The notes: generated from the sequence alone by a model not told the origin. Shown: positions 19,300 through 29,650, counted from the stretch's first letter. The stretch: 32,000 bases of DNA from Wolbachia endosymbiont of Dirofilaria (Dirofilaria) immitis (GCF_013365455.1 NZ_CP046578.1:840001-872000); one strand, 5' to 3'. Numbers and translations: made by a program.

Positions 19300-22215
19300 C
19301 TAATAAACTTCAGTAGGACACCCAGTTGGACCCATAAGAACTATCTGCTCACCTTCTTTAAGGAATTTACATAAATTAGTAGAACCACCGGTTTCAAGCA
19401 CAATCGTAGAAATAATTCCTTTTTTTCTATCTACTTCGGCGCCAGTTACAGCTATACTTTCCATAGCAAGGTCAGCCTTTTTACTATTGGTCTCAAAGTT
19501 TTGTAACTTAAAGAATTGTCCAGGCTGAAAATTTTTTGCAGCAAGAGGTGCTTTAATCATTATCTCTACCACCCTATCAGTTAAATACTGAATTTTTATG
19601 ACCCTTGCAGTAAATTGCTCTCTAATCTTATTAAAAAACTCTTCACGATATCGGTCTCCAAATCTTTCTTGAATCCCAGTACCAGCTACTTGAATAATAC
19701 TACGCTCGGTAGGAGTTCCCCCTATATTACAACATCCATGCAATTGTGTACTTAACGCTGAAACCTGCATTGGAGCAACATCAACTCCACTCAAAAGCTG
19801 AGAAATGATAGGATAGCCGTTTTTAACACTTGCCATGGCTTTTACAACACTGCCTCTATACGAAGGGTGAAGATCACCAAAGAAACTAATCGTTCTACCA
19901 CCTTGTTTATACACTAATATTCTATCCTTATCTTGCATCTTAGGAGAAAATATCTGACTTACTTCTTTCCCTAATGAGTTTAGGTGAGTAAAATACCCAT
20001 TACTTAATTTAAATTTTTTTTCATCCTCTGTTGCAACAATTATATTTGGTTCAGTACCTACTGCTATAAAGACAGAGCGCGCTTTTATATGTTTTACTTC
20101 TCCAGATTTCGTATTTTTTAGTTTTATCGACTCAGCATGGTTATATTTATCCGTTACAATTTCAACTGGCTCCAGATTCTCAATAAAGTAAACTCCTTCC
20201 AATAATGCATTTCGTACCTCCTCACTATTCAGTCGATAACTTGGTGAATCTTCCAGATGTTTTCTATATATAACTTTCACTCCCCCAAAGCTCTGTATTA
20301 ACTCCAATATTTTTGCTTCCCTATTCTCTTTTTTTGCTAACTCTTGTTCTTCTCGAATCAGTTGTGCATGTGATATGAACTCATCTGCAATTTCATATTC
20401 CTCTTCCGTCCAATCTTTTTCAATGTAGTTTTTTCCATATCTAGCAACTAACGTTTCATAGCGAAGAAGAAATTTTTCTATTTGAACCGGATAATATGAT
20501 AAAGCTTCAGTGGCAGTATCAATTGCAGTGAGTCCTGCACCTATAACAACTATTGGCATACGAACTTGTAGATTTGCTACGGAACCAAATTTAAGAGCAC
20601 CAGTAAGCTGTAATGACATCAGAAAATCTGATGCCATACGCACTCCGCGAGCTAACACATTTTTTACTTTGATCATTTTTGGCTTGCCAGAGCCAAGAGC
20701 TAGGGCAATGTGATTAAACCCTAAATTGAATGCATCACTAACAGTTACTGTACCACCAAAGCGAATACCTCCATAAAGAGCAAAATTCTTACGTCTTTCC
20801 AGCAATAATCTGATAACCTTCAAGTAATTCTTATCCCATCTGGAAGTAATGCCATATTCTGCTACTCCACCGAACCCACTGGCAGAACGCTCACTTAACT
20901 TTTCATGTTTAAAATCTTTAATTGGCTGAAAACTGTCCATCAAAGGTTCGATCTTCAATCCATCGATAGCAATAACGTTATGCCCATCATTTAATAAATG
21001 ATAAGCTAAACTAAATCCTGCAGGGCCAAGACCTACAACTAGAATATTTTTGCCAGTGTCTTCTTTCGGTAGTGGCCGCTGAAAATTTAAGGGATTCCAA
21101 CGACTAAGTAGAGAATATATTTCAAAGCCGAATGTTAAACTAAGCACATCATCCAAAATTTTTGTTTCAATCATTGGCACGTTCACAGGCTCTTGTTTTT
21201 GATATATACAAGAATTTGTACAGTCATTGCATATTCTGTATCCAGTAGCTGCACATAGTGGATTGTCTATCATTATAATTGCAAGACTAGCTATACTGTA
21301 CCCTCCACTTTTTACCAGATTCATCTCCGATATTTTCTGCTCTAGTGGACAGCCATGAAGTTCAACTTTAAGTGGAGAAATTTTGAAGGTCATATCATCA
21401 TCCATTAACCCTTTCGAACAGCTATCCTTATCCTGTTTATGACAAAGTATGCAATAGTGAGCGTTATCTAATCCTTCATCCAAACTTACTTTTTCACTTG
21501 TTAAATCAAAACCATATCGTCTTTTTATTTCTTTTGAATATATCACCTCAACTTCTTCTACTTTTTTCCTAGAGAATGACACGAGATTTCTGTAGTCAAC
21601 TCTTCTATGAACACTAAAGAGTATACTCTGTTTACTCTTTACTCTCCATGCTGCATACTGAGCTGCAAGCTCTATTTCTTCTTCATGACTTCCTCTATCC
21701 TCTAACCAGTGCATCACCTGCTCAGCAAAGTTTTTTTCTGTTACTGGTAAAGTAAAAAAATGATTTAGTCTACTAGTAACACAATCGATGTCAATATTTG
21801 CTATATCAGCATACTTCTTCAATGCATAGCGCTGAACAAATAATCTTTTACATTTATATATTACAGCAAAGTCATCATGTTTTCTTTTTAGCTCTTCTAC
21901 TTCTCTCTCAATACTAAAAAGCTTTGTGATAAACTCATCAAGCAAATATGAAAGGTCTATAATCAATTGACTACCCGTCACTTGAATAGTTGATACTGGT
22001 TGTTCCCTAGATCTTAGGGTCAAGCATTGAGATAACGCCAAAGAAGCAGATATTTTTTTTCTCGCTTCAATCAACGAACAAAATAAATTTTCATTGCATA
22101 ATTTAATGTAATCCAAAAATACTTCATCTAATTTTATTAATCCATCGCGAGTATATAGATCTGAAAACGAGATGTTAAAATTTAGCTGCATTATCATATC
22201 ATACAATGCATACAC
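19300..22215 (-). CDS. GltD-like NADPH-dependent oxidoreductase (Cys-rich DPD-type domain + pyridine nucleotide-disulfide oxidoreductase) with an incomplete ferredoxin-reductase-like C-terminus
   Basis: Cys clusters (HYCILCHKQDKDSC...ICNDCTNSCIYQKQEPVNVP), ILVVGLGPAGFSLAYHLL, PIVVIGAGLTAIDTATEA, VFIAVGTEPN, then FQPGQFFKLQNF...GIISTIVLETGGST...VLMGPTGCPTEVY*. Confidence 0.85.
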   Translation of the reverse strand: MYALYDMIMQLNFNISFSDLYTRDGLIKLDEVFLDYIKLCNENLFCSLIEARKKISASLALSQCLTLRSREQPVSTIQVTGSQLIIDLSYLLDEFITKLFSIEREVEELKRKHDDFAVIYKCKRLFVQRYALKKYADIANIDIDCVTSRLNHFFTLPVTEKNFAEQVMHWLEDRGSHEEEIELAAQYAAWRVKSKQSILFSVHRRVDYRNLVSFSRKKVEEVEVIYSKEIKRRYGFDLTSEKVSLDEGLDNAHYCILCHKQDKDSCSKGLMDDDMTFKISPLKVELHGCPLEQKISEMNLVKSGGYSIASLAIIMIDNPLCAATGYRICNDCTNSCIYQKQEPVNVPMIETKILDDVLSLTFGFEIYSLLSRWNPLNFQRPLPKEDTGKNILVVGLGPAGFSLAYHLLNDGHNVIAIDGLKIEPLMDSFQPIKDFKHEKLSERSASGFGGVAEYGITSRWDKNYLKVIRLLLERRKNFALYGGIRFGGTVTVSDAFNLGFNHIALALGSGKPKMIKVKNVLARGVRMASDFLMSLQLTGALKFGSVANLQVRMPIVVIGAGLTAIDTATEALSYYPVQIEKFLLRYETLVARYGKNYIEKDWTEEEYEIADEFISHAQLIREEQELAKKENREAKILELIQSFGGVKVIYRKHLEDSPSYRLNSEEVRNALLEGVYFIENLEPVEIVTDKYNHAESIKLKNTKSGEVKHIKARSVFIAVGTEPNIIVATEDEKKFKLSNGYFTHLNSLGKEVSQIFSPKMQDKDRILVYKQGGRTISFFGDLHPSYRGSVVKAMASVKNGYPIISQLLSGVDVAPMQVSALSTQLHGCCNIGGTPTERSIIQVAGTGIQERFGDRYREEFFNKIREQFTARVIKIQYLTDRVVEIMIKAPLAAKNFQPGQFFKLQNFETNSKKADLAMESIAVTGAEVDRKKGIISTIVLETGGSTNLCKFLKEGEQIVLMGPTGCPTEVY

Positions 22216-22236
22216 TACTTCTTAAAGACGGAAATT

Positions 22237-22695
22237 CTATATATTTTTCAACATAGCTAAAATTATTGCTTCAGTAACCTTTTCTTCACCAACATATGCA
22301 ATACACTCAAATTTACATGCACTTAAACGTACATTTTTAATATTAGCTTGAAGAATCAATGTATCTCCTGGAGTAACTGGCTTTCTGAATTTTGCACTTT
22401 CAATAGACATAAAGTAAACAACCTTATTTCCTGTGATGCTTTGACTTTCTTTAGCTAGAACACATACTGCAGATGCCTGAGCTAGAGACTCAACTATTAA
22501 GACTCCTGGCATCATTGGGCGACTGGGAAAGTGACCAACAAAAAATGGTTCATTGAAAGTTACGTTCTTGATCGCTTTGATATTTTTACCAGGATTACAC
22601 TCTACCACCCTATCTACTAAGAGAAATGGATGAGAATGTGGCAGTATTTTTATAATATCACTGATATTAAGCTGCATGTCACCCCCTAAAAGCAA
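22237..22695 (-). CDS. fabZ: 3-hydroxyacyl-[acyl-carrier-protein] dehydratase FabZ
   Basis: IIKILPHSHPFLLVDRV, TFNEPFFVGHFPSRPMMPGVLIVESLAQASAV (catalytic His and Glu). Confidence 0.97.
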   Translation of the reverse strand: MLLGGDMQLNISDIIKILPHSHPFLLVDRVVECNPGKNIKAIKNVTFNEPFFVGHFPSRPMMPGVLIVESLAQASAVCVLAKESQSITGNKVVYFMSIESAKFRKPVTPGDTLILQANIKNVRLSACKFECIAYVGEEKVTEAIILAMLKNI

Positions 22696-22697
22696 AT

Positions 22698-23258
22698 CTA
22701 GTTAATATCTTTTAAAGTACACTCACATACTTCCTTGTTTATACTTCTTAACAAGATATCTGATAAATCAACTTTATCTATAGAGTATAAAATTTGATTT
22801 TTCTTTGGAAGAAAAAGTACTAAATCTATGCTATTTTCTTCTGCAGTTTTTCTAGCAACTTCTTTCACCTTATTAAAAATATCCTCTATTGCATCTCTGT
22901 AGCTTTCTTCTAAATGTGACATTTTTTTAGCATAATCATCTTTAACACTTACAGCATGCTTATTAAATTGATCCGCTTTTTCTTTCTTTGCTTCCTCCGA
23001 TAAAAGTTCAAATTCTTCTTTTGAGGATTTAAACTTTTCTAGCTCATTTTCAAACTCTTGCTGAAGTTTAGAGCTTTGCTCTTTTATTTTCTGTTGTATA
23101 TTTCGCAGAGCAAGAGACTCATTGATAACTTTATCGCTATCAACAATCACAACTTTTGTGTTAAATGCATCTTGAGGTCGCTGTTTTACAGCTTTATAAC
23201 TCGAAAACACCGAAATAACTAAGGCAATAACTGATATAAGCAACTGTGTATATTTCAT
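22698..23258 (-). CDS. skp: OmpH/Skp-family periplasmic chaperone
   Basis: N-terminal hydrophobic segment, VVDSDKVINESLALRNIQQKIKEQSSKLQQEFENELEKFKSS coiled coil, and position between bamA and fabZ. Confidence 0.85.
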   Translation of the reverse strand: MKYTQLLISVIALVISVFSSYKAVKQRPQDAFNTKVVIVDSDKVINESLALRNIQQKIKEQSSKLQQEFENELEKFKSSKEEFELLSEEAKKEKADQFNKHAVSVKDDYAKKMSHLEESYRDAIEDIFNKVKEVARKTAEENSIDLVLFLPKKNQILYSIDKVDLSDILLRSINKEVCECTLKDIN

Positions 23259-25601
23259 TCAAACCCCCGTTTCAATAGAAAACTTGATATTTGATGACGG
23301 TGTTATATCATAGGGCTCTTTAACTAAAGGAAAGCCAAAATCTAATCTAAACCTACCACCAAAAGGAGAAGGTGCTGAAAAGCCAAAGCCAGGTGATACT
23401 CTCACAAGCTTACTATCATAATAGTCCTTCTCATATCCATATTTCTTACTTTTATCATCTAGACCAAAAAGCGTTGCATAGTCAACAAACAATGACCCTT
23501 TAACAATAAAATAATCATATAACTTTAGTAGCGGAAAATCCACTTGCTGTGTTAAGTTGAAATAAGTTTTACCTCCTAAGCTTTCATTTTTATCTTTTGT
23601 CCTCGGTCCAATACCAGAAAGGTCAAACCCTCTAATTTCATTACTACCCTTAAAAAAGTGCTGGCTAATATTCAGATTTTTACTAGTATAAGAAAAAATG
23701 TGTCCTGCAGCCATCTTAAAGCGTAGTATTGTATCATTATTAATATTACTTAATATAGGATGTACATAAAAAGACAAAAATTCAGACTTGAGGAAATTTA
23801 CGTTGCCCCCCAGCCCTGAAATATCCTGGCTCAAGCTTAATAAATATCCTTCCCTCGGAGCATAGAGGTTATCCAGCTTACTATATGCTAATGTGTACCC
23901 CAGTGATGAAATATGATGCTCACCTTCTCGATCCCACATCATTTTAGAAATATCACTATTTTTTCCGCCCTTATTATCCGTATGTGTATAGCTATACTTA
24001 TAATAATAACGGAGGAAATTAGTTAAGTTTTCTGTAACTTTATGTGATACTTTTGTAAAAAAGCCCATATTGCAACTATTGAAAGTAGTGTTTAGTCTAT
24101 CTTGCTTTTCATAAAATATACCTACACCTAGTGTAGTATCGGAGTCATTAAAGTTATTCTCAATTACTTCTAAATCAGTTGAAAATACATATTGGCTTTT
24201 CTCAAGGGCAAAAGAAAGCTCTTTCCCGCTACCAAACAAATTACGGTCCTTAAAATCAGCCTTTAAAAATGCTCCGCCAGGAAAAGATACTCCCCCTCCT
24301 AAGTATAACAAAGTAGTGTTTTTTTCTCTGACATTTAAGTCAAGATTCACTGCATTATCATTAATTACGTAGCTATCTATTTTTACTTCCTCAAAAAAAT
24401 CACTACTAATTAATTTTCTATATGACTTCTGAATTTCCAATGTGTTATATGCATCACCTTCTACTATACTAAGCTTACTTCTAATTACTTGATCTAAAGT
24501 ATGGTCATTACCATCAATTGTAATTTGATTTACATAAATCCTCTTGCCTGGCAGTATTTTATAAGTCACATCTACAATATTATCACGCTGTGTATATTCT
24601 GGATTAACCTTTGCAAATATATATCCTCTCTCATTCAAACACTTGTTTATTTTTTCTACTACACTATTAACCTTAACCCTATCAAACACTTTATTATCTT
24701 CTCTAGTTATCAGACCCAATATCTCCTCTTTTAGGTTTAAGTCCTGGATTTTAGCTTTAATACTAACTTCATTATTTCCAAATAAGTATTGTTCCCCTTC
24801 ATCAATCAAAAAAGTTAGAATAACTTGATTATTGTTACCAATTTCAACAATTGGCTGGATGTTATTTTTAATATAGCCATTGGAAGAATAAAAACGATCA
24901 AGCAATTCTTCATTAGTCAACAAATACTGCGGTGAATAATGATTTTTACCTTTAAAAAAGGCCCTAAATAATTTATTAAACACATCATCATTTTGCATTT
25001 TAACAACTCGCTCTAGCTCACTTTCAGAGAAATTTTTATTGCCTATAAACCTTATATCTCTAATCCTAGATGTCTTACCCTCTTTTATTTTAAAAACTAA
25101 ACTAACCCTATTACCTTCAAGCTTGCTCAGGTCATATCCAATTCTAGCACCAATTTTACCACTATTTCTATAAGTTGCGGCTAAATTCAATAGATCACTT
25201 TGCAGCTTTGTTTCAGCAAAAATGGTGAGAGGTTTTGATTGAATCACGTTATTTAGCAGTTCTTTGCTCTTAAATATCCTATTACCTTTTAATGTTATTT
25301 TTTTGATTAGTGGATTTTCCTGAACTTTTATTATTAAGTTTTTTTCATCATCAATATAAGCATTAACACTAGCAAACAGCTTTGTTTTATACAAAACCTT
25401 TATAACTGAATCTAAGTTGTCATCGTCTACATAACTACCAGGCTCTAGCTTTATATAAAAGCCTATTACTTGGCTACTGATCCGCTCATTACCAACAAAT
25501 TTAATATTATTTATTTTAATTTTATTCTCGTTTTCTAAAGCAAAAAGCAGGATAGGAATAGAAATAAAAATTACCATTAGTATGTAAATTAGCCCTTTCA
25601 T
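23259..25601 (-). CDS. bamA: Outer membrane protein assembly factor BamA
   Basis: Signal-like N-terminus, repeated POTRA segments (IKINNIKFVGNERIS, IKKITLKGNRIF, RDIRFIGNKNFSE), FFKGSNEIRGFDLSGIGPR and SPGFGFSAPSPFGGRFRLDFGFPL. Confidence 0.95.
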   Translation of the reverse strand: MKGLIYILMVIFISIPILLFALENENKIKINNIKFVGNERISSQVIGFYIKLEPGSYVDDDNLDSVIKVLYKTKLFASVNAYIDDEKNLIIKVQENPLIKKITLKGNRIFKSKELLNNVIQSKPLTIFAETKLQSDLLNLAATYRNSGKIGARIGYDLSKLEGNRVSLVFKIKEGKTSRIRDIRFIGNKNFSESELERVVKMQNDDVFNKLFRAFFKGKNHYSPQYLLTNEELLDRFYSSNGYIKNNIQPIVEIGNNNQVILTFLIDEGEQYLFGNNEVSIKAKIQDLNLKEEILGLITREDNKVFDRVKVNSVVEKINKCLNERGYIFAKVNPEYTQRDNIVDVTYKILPGKRIYVNQITIDGNDHTLDQVIRSKLSIVEGDAYNTLEIQKSYRKLISSDFFEEVKIDSYVINDNAVNLDLNVREKNTTLLYLGGGVSFPGGAFLKADFKDRNLFGSGKELSFALEKSQYVFSTDLEVIENNFNDSDTTLGVGIFYEKQDRLNTTFNSCNMGFFTKVSHKVTENLTNFLRYYYKYSYTHTDNKGGKNSDISKMMWDREGEHHISSLGYTLAYSKLDNLYAPREGYLLSLSQDISGLGGNVNFLKSEFLSFYVHPILSNINNDTILRFKMAAGHIFSYTSKNLNISQHFFKGSNEIRGFDLSGIGPRTKDKNESLGGKTYFNLTQQVDFPLLKLYDYFIVKGSLFVDYATLFGLDDKSKKYGYEKDYYDSKLVRVSPGFGFSAPSPFGGRFRLDFGFPLVKEPYDITPSSNIKFSIETGV

Positions 25602-25608
25602 GCTTATC

Positions 25609-26733
25609 TTAAAAAAGATGTCTTATATCGTTTGAGATTGCAATTGCCATTAGTAAAAATAATATGGTAGCGCCAAAAGTAGCTGCACATTTGTGATACC
25701 TAGGGCTTAAATCTTTACGTATAATTACTTCTATAATATAGTTAAACAAATGTCCACCATCCAGTAATGGAATTGGTAGCAAATTAACTGCAGCCAAAGT
25801 AGCTGAAAGGACAGCTATAAAATATAAAACCATAATCAACCCTTTTTTAGTTGATTGTACCGAGTACTTTGCAATTTTTATCGGTCCACCTATTTCATTT
25901 ATACTTCTCTTACCAATGATAATTTGAAAAAGAGTTTTGATTGTTAAATACATAACGTGGTAAGTTTCACTTACCGATAGACTCACAGCTCCAAGAAAAG
26001 ATGATCGCTTTAACCCTGCTATATTCATTGAAGTAATCCCTATAGTTTTTCTTTTTACTTCATCACCAAAAACATCTTTATCCTCAGTTATTAATGGAGT
26101 AAGGACAGTTCTATGCCCCTCGTTGTTCCGACTATATCTGATCTCTACTCTGGCTTCAGGACTTAACATCATCACACGTGAGATATCCTCAAAATGTTTT
26201 ATTTCATATCCATTAATCTGTGTAATAATATCACCTGGCAACAAACCAGCCTGATCTGCTACACTACCCTCAATTACACTTCCAATCACTGGTGGAGTGC
26301 GATAATATCCCGTTACACTAAAAAATACCGTAAAAGCTATAATAGCTAGTACCATATTCGCAAGTGGCCCTGCAGAAACTATTGCTATTTTCTTATATCT
26401 TGATTTTGTATGAAGCGAATACAACTTTTCTTCCTCAGTTAGCTTTTGTTGATTAACTTGAACACTTATTGTACTACTGTCCCCTAGCATTTTAACATAA
26501 CCACCCAATGGGATGGCACTTAGTCTCCACCTAGTCCCAAGATTATCATAGAAACCAAAGATTTCAGGACCAAACCCTATAGAAAAAGACTCAACCCTAA
26601 CTTTGCACCCTTTAGCAATAATATAGTGCCCATACTCATGTACAAATATTACAACAGAGATAATTAAAGAAAATGACAAAAAATAATATATCCAATCACT
26701 AAATTGATGGATAAGACTAGAAATTAACTCCAC
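25609..26733 (-). CDS. rseP: Site-2 zinc metalloprotease RseP
   Basis: HEYGHYIIAKGCKVRVESFSIGFGPEIFG, SAIPLGGYVKMLGD, PDZ segment, and NLLPIPLLDGGHL. Confidence 0.96.
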   Translation of the reverse strand: MELISSLIHQFSDWIYYFLSFSLIISVVIFVHEYGHYIIAKGCKVRVESFSIGFGPEIFGFYDNLGTRWRLSAIPLGGYVKMLGDSSTISVQVNQQKLTEEEKLYSLHTKSRYKKIAIVSAGPLANMVLAIIAFTVFFSVTGYYRTPPVIGSVIEGSVADQAGLLPGDIITQINGYEIKHFEDISRVMMLSPEARVEIRYSRNNEGHRTVLTPLITEDKDVFGDEVKRKTIGITSMNIAGLKRSSFLGAVSLSVSETYHVMYLTIKTLFQIIIGKRSINEIGGPIKIAKYSVQSTKKGLIMVLYFIAVLSATLAAVNLLPIPLLDGGHLFNYIIEVIIRKDLSPRYHKCAATFGATILFLLMAIAISNDIRHLF

Positions 26734-26831
26734 TTATATCTCACATCTTGAATAAAATATTAAGTATATTAAAAAGTCCTTGCTTGACAAGCGTTTAGTT
26801 CAACCTTTAAATTAAAGAAAGTTTAATAATA

Positions 26832-27104
26832 ATGACGCATATCTTCTCATTAAAAAGAAAATTGATGTATAGAAGCTGGCATAGAGGATGCAAAGAAACT
26901 GACATACTTTTAGGGCATTTTGCACTAACATACCTTGATAAATTTTCTCTAAATGAGCTAATTGAGTATGAGAAAATAGTTGATCTTGATGACTACGAAT
27001 TATATTGCTACATAACTCGCAAAGTAGATTTCCCTCCTAATATAAATAGTAAGATAATGAATTCAATTACTTGTTTTATTGAAGCTAACCCTTTATTCAT
27101 TTAA
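26832..27104 (+). CDS. sdhE: Succinate dehydrogenase assembly factor (SdhE/SDHAF2 family)
   Basis: KRKLMYRSWHRGCKETDILLGHFALTYLDKFSLNELIEYEKIVDLDDYELYCYI matches the YRSWHRGxxExD signature. Confidence 0.93.
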   Translation: MTHIFSLKRKLMYRSWHRGCKETDILLGHFALTYLDKFSLNELIEYEKIVDLDDYELYCYITRKVDFPPNINSKIMNSITCFIEANPLFI

Positions 27105-27461
27105 TGATCTTGCTTATCTTATTTAATATTTTAATATTACCTATTCTTTTTTTTATTTTTATGCTTTTCACATTTTTAATTTACTTTATCTAACTTTTTG
27201 TTAACTCTAAGACTTCATCTCAAAAATCAAAGCTGTAGCAAGAAATTTAACACACCTAAGCCCTCAGCCAAATTTTTTTTTGAGATTATAGAATTAACTA
27301 ATTTATCAAAGCTACTAGAAAGATTAAGCAAACGACCCTTCTCTCCATTTTCATAAGACATTTTGTATATCGCGCATAACTATTTTTACTATTCGCATAT
27401 AATGCGAAAAATTCTCAGCATTAAATTTACCCAATTTTTATCCTATTAATAATAGAAATTC

Positions 27462-27734
27462 TTACCCATTTATCAAGTCAGACAATTTTTTACTACCACG
27501 AAAACAAGCTTTAAAGTACTGATCTTTTGTAAACTTCTGTAGTATTAAATGGTCTGTTTTTTTAATTTCTCCTAATTGAAAAAGAGCCAAATCCTCTAAT
27601 TTCAATTCTATTATGGCACTTCAATGCACTTGAAAGTACCTCAAAAAAACTATTAACCGTAGCTTCTATAACTACCTTATCAGGAGAGGACATCTCTTTG
27701 CCATTTTTGTTATTAGATCAGATTTCGTTGCCAT
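27462..27734 (-). pseudogene. ihfB: Degraded IHF/HU-family DNA-binding protein gene (IHF beta-like), immediately upstream of rpsA
   Basis: MATKSDLITKMAKRCP | SPDKVVIEATVNSFFEVLSSALKCHNRIEIRGFGSFSIRRN*KNRPFNTTEVYKRSV | YFKACFRGSKKLSDLING*. The IEIRGFGSFSIR signature is clear; two frame changes and one in-frame TAA. Confidence 0.88.
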
Positions 27735-27756
27735 TTACACAAAGCTAAAACTCTAA

Positions 27757-29409
27757 TCACTTAGCGGATAGTATTATATTGTATACTTCAACATCTAATA
27801 CTTCCACTTCTATTTTCTCTGATATAGAAAACTTTTTATTTTCTGGTAAATGCTTTTGATCTATTAAAAGAGCTAAACCATTTTCAACTTCAACAACTAA
27901 TCCGCTATCTTCCCTCTTGCTTACAATAGCCTGCATTTTATTACCTACCTTCACTTTCTTTATTAGTTCTATAAGAGGATCATACTCTATTTGCTTTATA
28001 CCAAGATAAATTCTTGCTCGATCTACATTAGCCCTTATTACTTTTGCTTCTATTATATCACCAACATTATACTTTTTTATTTGATCTAACCCATTCTTAG
28101 ACCAACTTATATCTTGTGCATAAACTGTCCCTTCTATATTCCCATCTATTTCATAATCATCAAAGGTAACAGATATATACAAGCCAGTATTGTTTTTAAT
28201 CTTACCAGAAACAATAGAACCAGGAGGATATTTATCAATAAATACTTGCCAAGGGTTATTTACACACCTTTTCATGCTCAAACTCATTCTATTCTTGATC
28301 GTATCAATACTGAGAATCTTGACGGACACTTCCTGTCCTCTGGTTACTAAATTACTAACTGGTAAATTATTCTTAATCCAAGTTATCTCTGATGAGTGCA
28401 CTAAACCTTCAATTCCAGGCTTAAGTTCAACAAATACCCCATAATCTTCTATGCTTGTTACGTGACCTTTATAGACACCATCAATTGGGTATTTTAACTC
28501 TATATCATGCCAAGGGTTATCCTCCAGTTGTTTTATACCTAGAGAAACTTTTGCATTTTCTTTATCTATTTTTATAACTTTGACTTTTATACTCTGACCA
28601 CAAGTAAAAACTGCAGATGGATGGCTCACTCTACTCCAAGAGATATCTGTAATATGCAATAATCCATCTACAACCCCTACTACATCTGATTCATGAATAC
28701 CAACAAATACACCATAATGAGTAATACTTTTTATTTTTCCTTCTATTATATCACCTTCATTTAGAGATTCTAAAAATTTAATTTTTTCACCAGCATGCAA
28801 TTTCTCTAATACCAGCTTCCTTGATACTACAATATTACCCTGTTTCCTATCTACTTTAAGTACAATGAACTTTTGCTCAGCATCAATAAGATGCTTAACA
28901 TCTTTTATTTGTTTCAAATCCACATGGCTCAGCGGTAAAAAAGCACTTATTCCATCACCAAGATCAACAATAAAGCCACACTTAATTGAACGTTTAATAA
29001 TTCCACTCACCTCAGTTTGCGTAGCCGCATCCTCTTCTAATTTATGCCACTTCTCATCTCTAATCGCTTTTTCACGGCTGAGAGCTACATTACCATGATA
29101 GTCTTCAATTCTTTCCACATACACCCTAATTTTAGAACCAACAGCAATCTCATCATTACAACCGAGTTCTTTGATTGGAATCCTACCGTCAGACTTTAAG
29201 CCGACATCGACTACTATGTCGTTAGGATTTATTCGTGTAATTATACCTTCTACTATATCTCCTTCTTTAATTTTCTTGATGAAAGAATCTTCAAATAAAA
29301 TGTTACCTTGATCTTCAAACTGATCTTGATATACCTCTTCTATGAACCTGTTTGACGATAGTCTTTTAATACTAATCGGCAAATTTATAGCTAGATCACT
29401 ACTACTCAT
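27757..29409 (-). CDS. rpsA: 30S ribosomal protein S1
   Basis: Multiple S1 domains (GDIIEGKIKSITHYGVFVGI..DGLLHITDISWSRVSHP, YKGHVTSIEDYGVFVELKPGIEGLVHSSEITW). Confidence 0.97.
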   Translation of the reverse strand: MSSSDLAINLPISIKRLSSNRFIEEVYQDQFEDQGNILFEDSFIKKIKEGDIVEGIITRINPNDIVVDVGLKSDGRIPIKELGCNDEIAVGSKIRVYVERIEDYHGNVALSREKAIRDEKWHKLEEDAATQTEVSGIIKRSIKCGFIVDLGDGISAFLPLSHVDLKQIKDVKHLIDAEQKFIVLKVDRKQGNIVVSRKLVLEKLHAGEKIKFLESLNEGDIIEGKIKSITHYGVFVGIHESDVVGVVDGLLHITDISWSRVSHPSAVFTCGQSIKVKVIKIDKENAKVSLGIKQLEDNPWHDIELKYPIDGVYKGHVTSIEDYGVFVELKPGIEGLVHSSEITWIKNNLPVSNLVTRGQEVSVKILSIDTIKNRMSLSMKRCVNNPWQVFIDKYPPGSIVSGKIKNNTGLYISVTFDDYEIDGNIEGTVYAQDISWSKNGLDQIKKYNVGDIIEAKVIRANVDRARIYLGIKQIEYDPLIELIKKVKVGNKMQAIVSKREDSGLVVEVENGLALLIDQKHLPENKKFSISEKIEVEVLDVEVYNIILSAK

Positions 29410-29577
29410 ATTTTCTAACTTAAGTTTTATTAAATATAATATATAATATTAACAACCAGTTACAAGTAGTTTTTTTATTAATTCATCAATATACTTCAAA
29501 GAATTACCTAAGCTGCATAATAAAATATAGCTATCAAAATAAACCATTATAGTGCTTACAATATAAAATAATACTAA

Positions 29578-29650
29578 TGGAGGCAAGCGGGATTGAACCG
29601 CTGACCTTCTGCGTGCAAAACAGATGCTCTACCAGCTGAGCTATGCCCCC
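29578..29650 (-). tRNA. tRNA-Ala (anticodon TGC)
   Basis: Reverse complement GGGGGCATAGCTCAGCTGGTAGAGCATCTGTTTTGCACGCAGAAGGTCAGCGGTTCAATCCCGCTTGCCTCCA folds into a full cloverleaf, 73 nt, no encoded CCA. Confidence 0.97.

Noticed and set aside
22237-26733. fabZ-skp-bamA-rseP order as a novel operon
   Set aside because: This is the conserved proteobacterial envelope cluster; absence of adjacent lpx genes is expected for Anaplasmataceae, which lack LPS.
27227-27361. Minus-strand 44-aa ORF (MSYENGEKGRLLNLSSSFDKLVNSIISKKNLAEGLGVLNFLLQL)
   Set aside because: Downstream of the ihfB relic and coding-like, but too short and unassignable to call.
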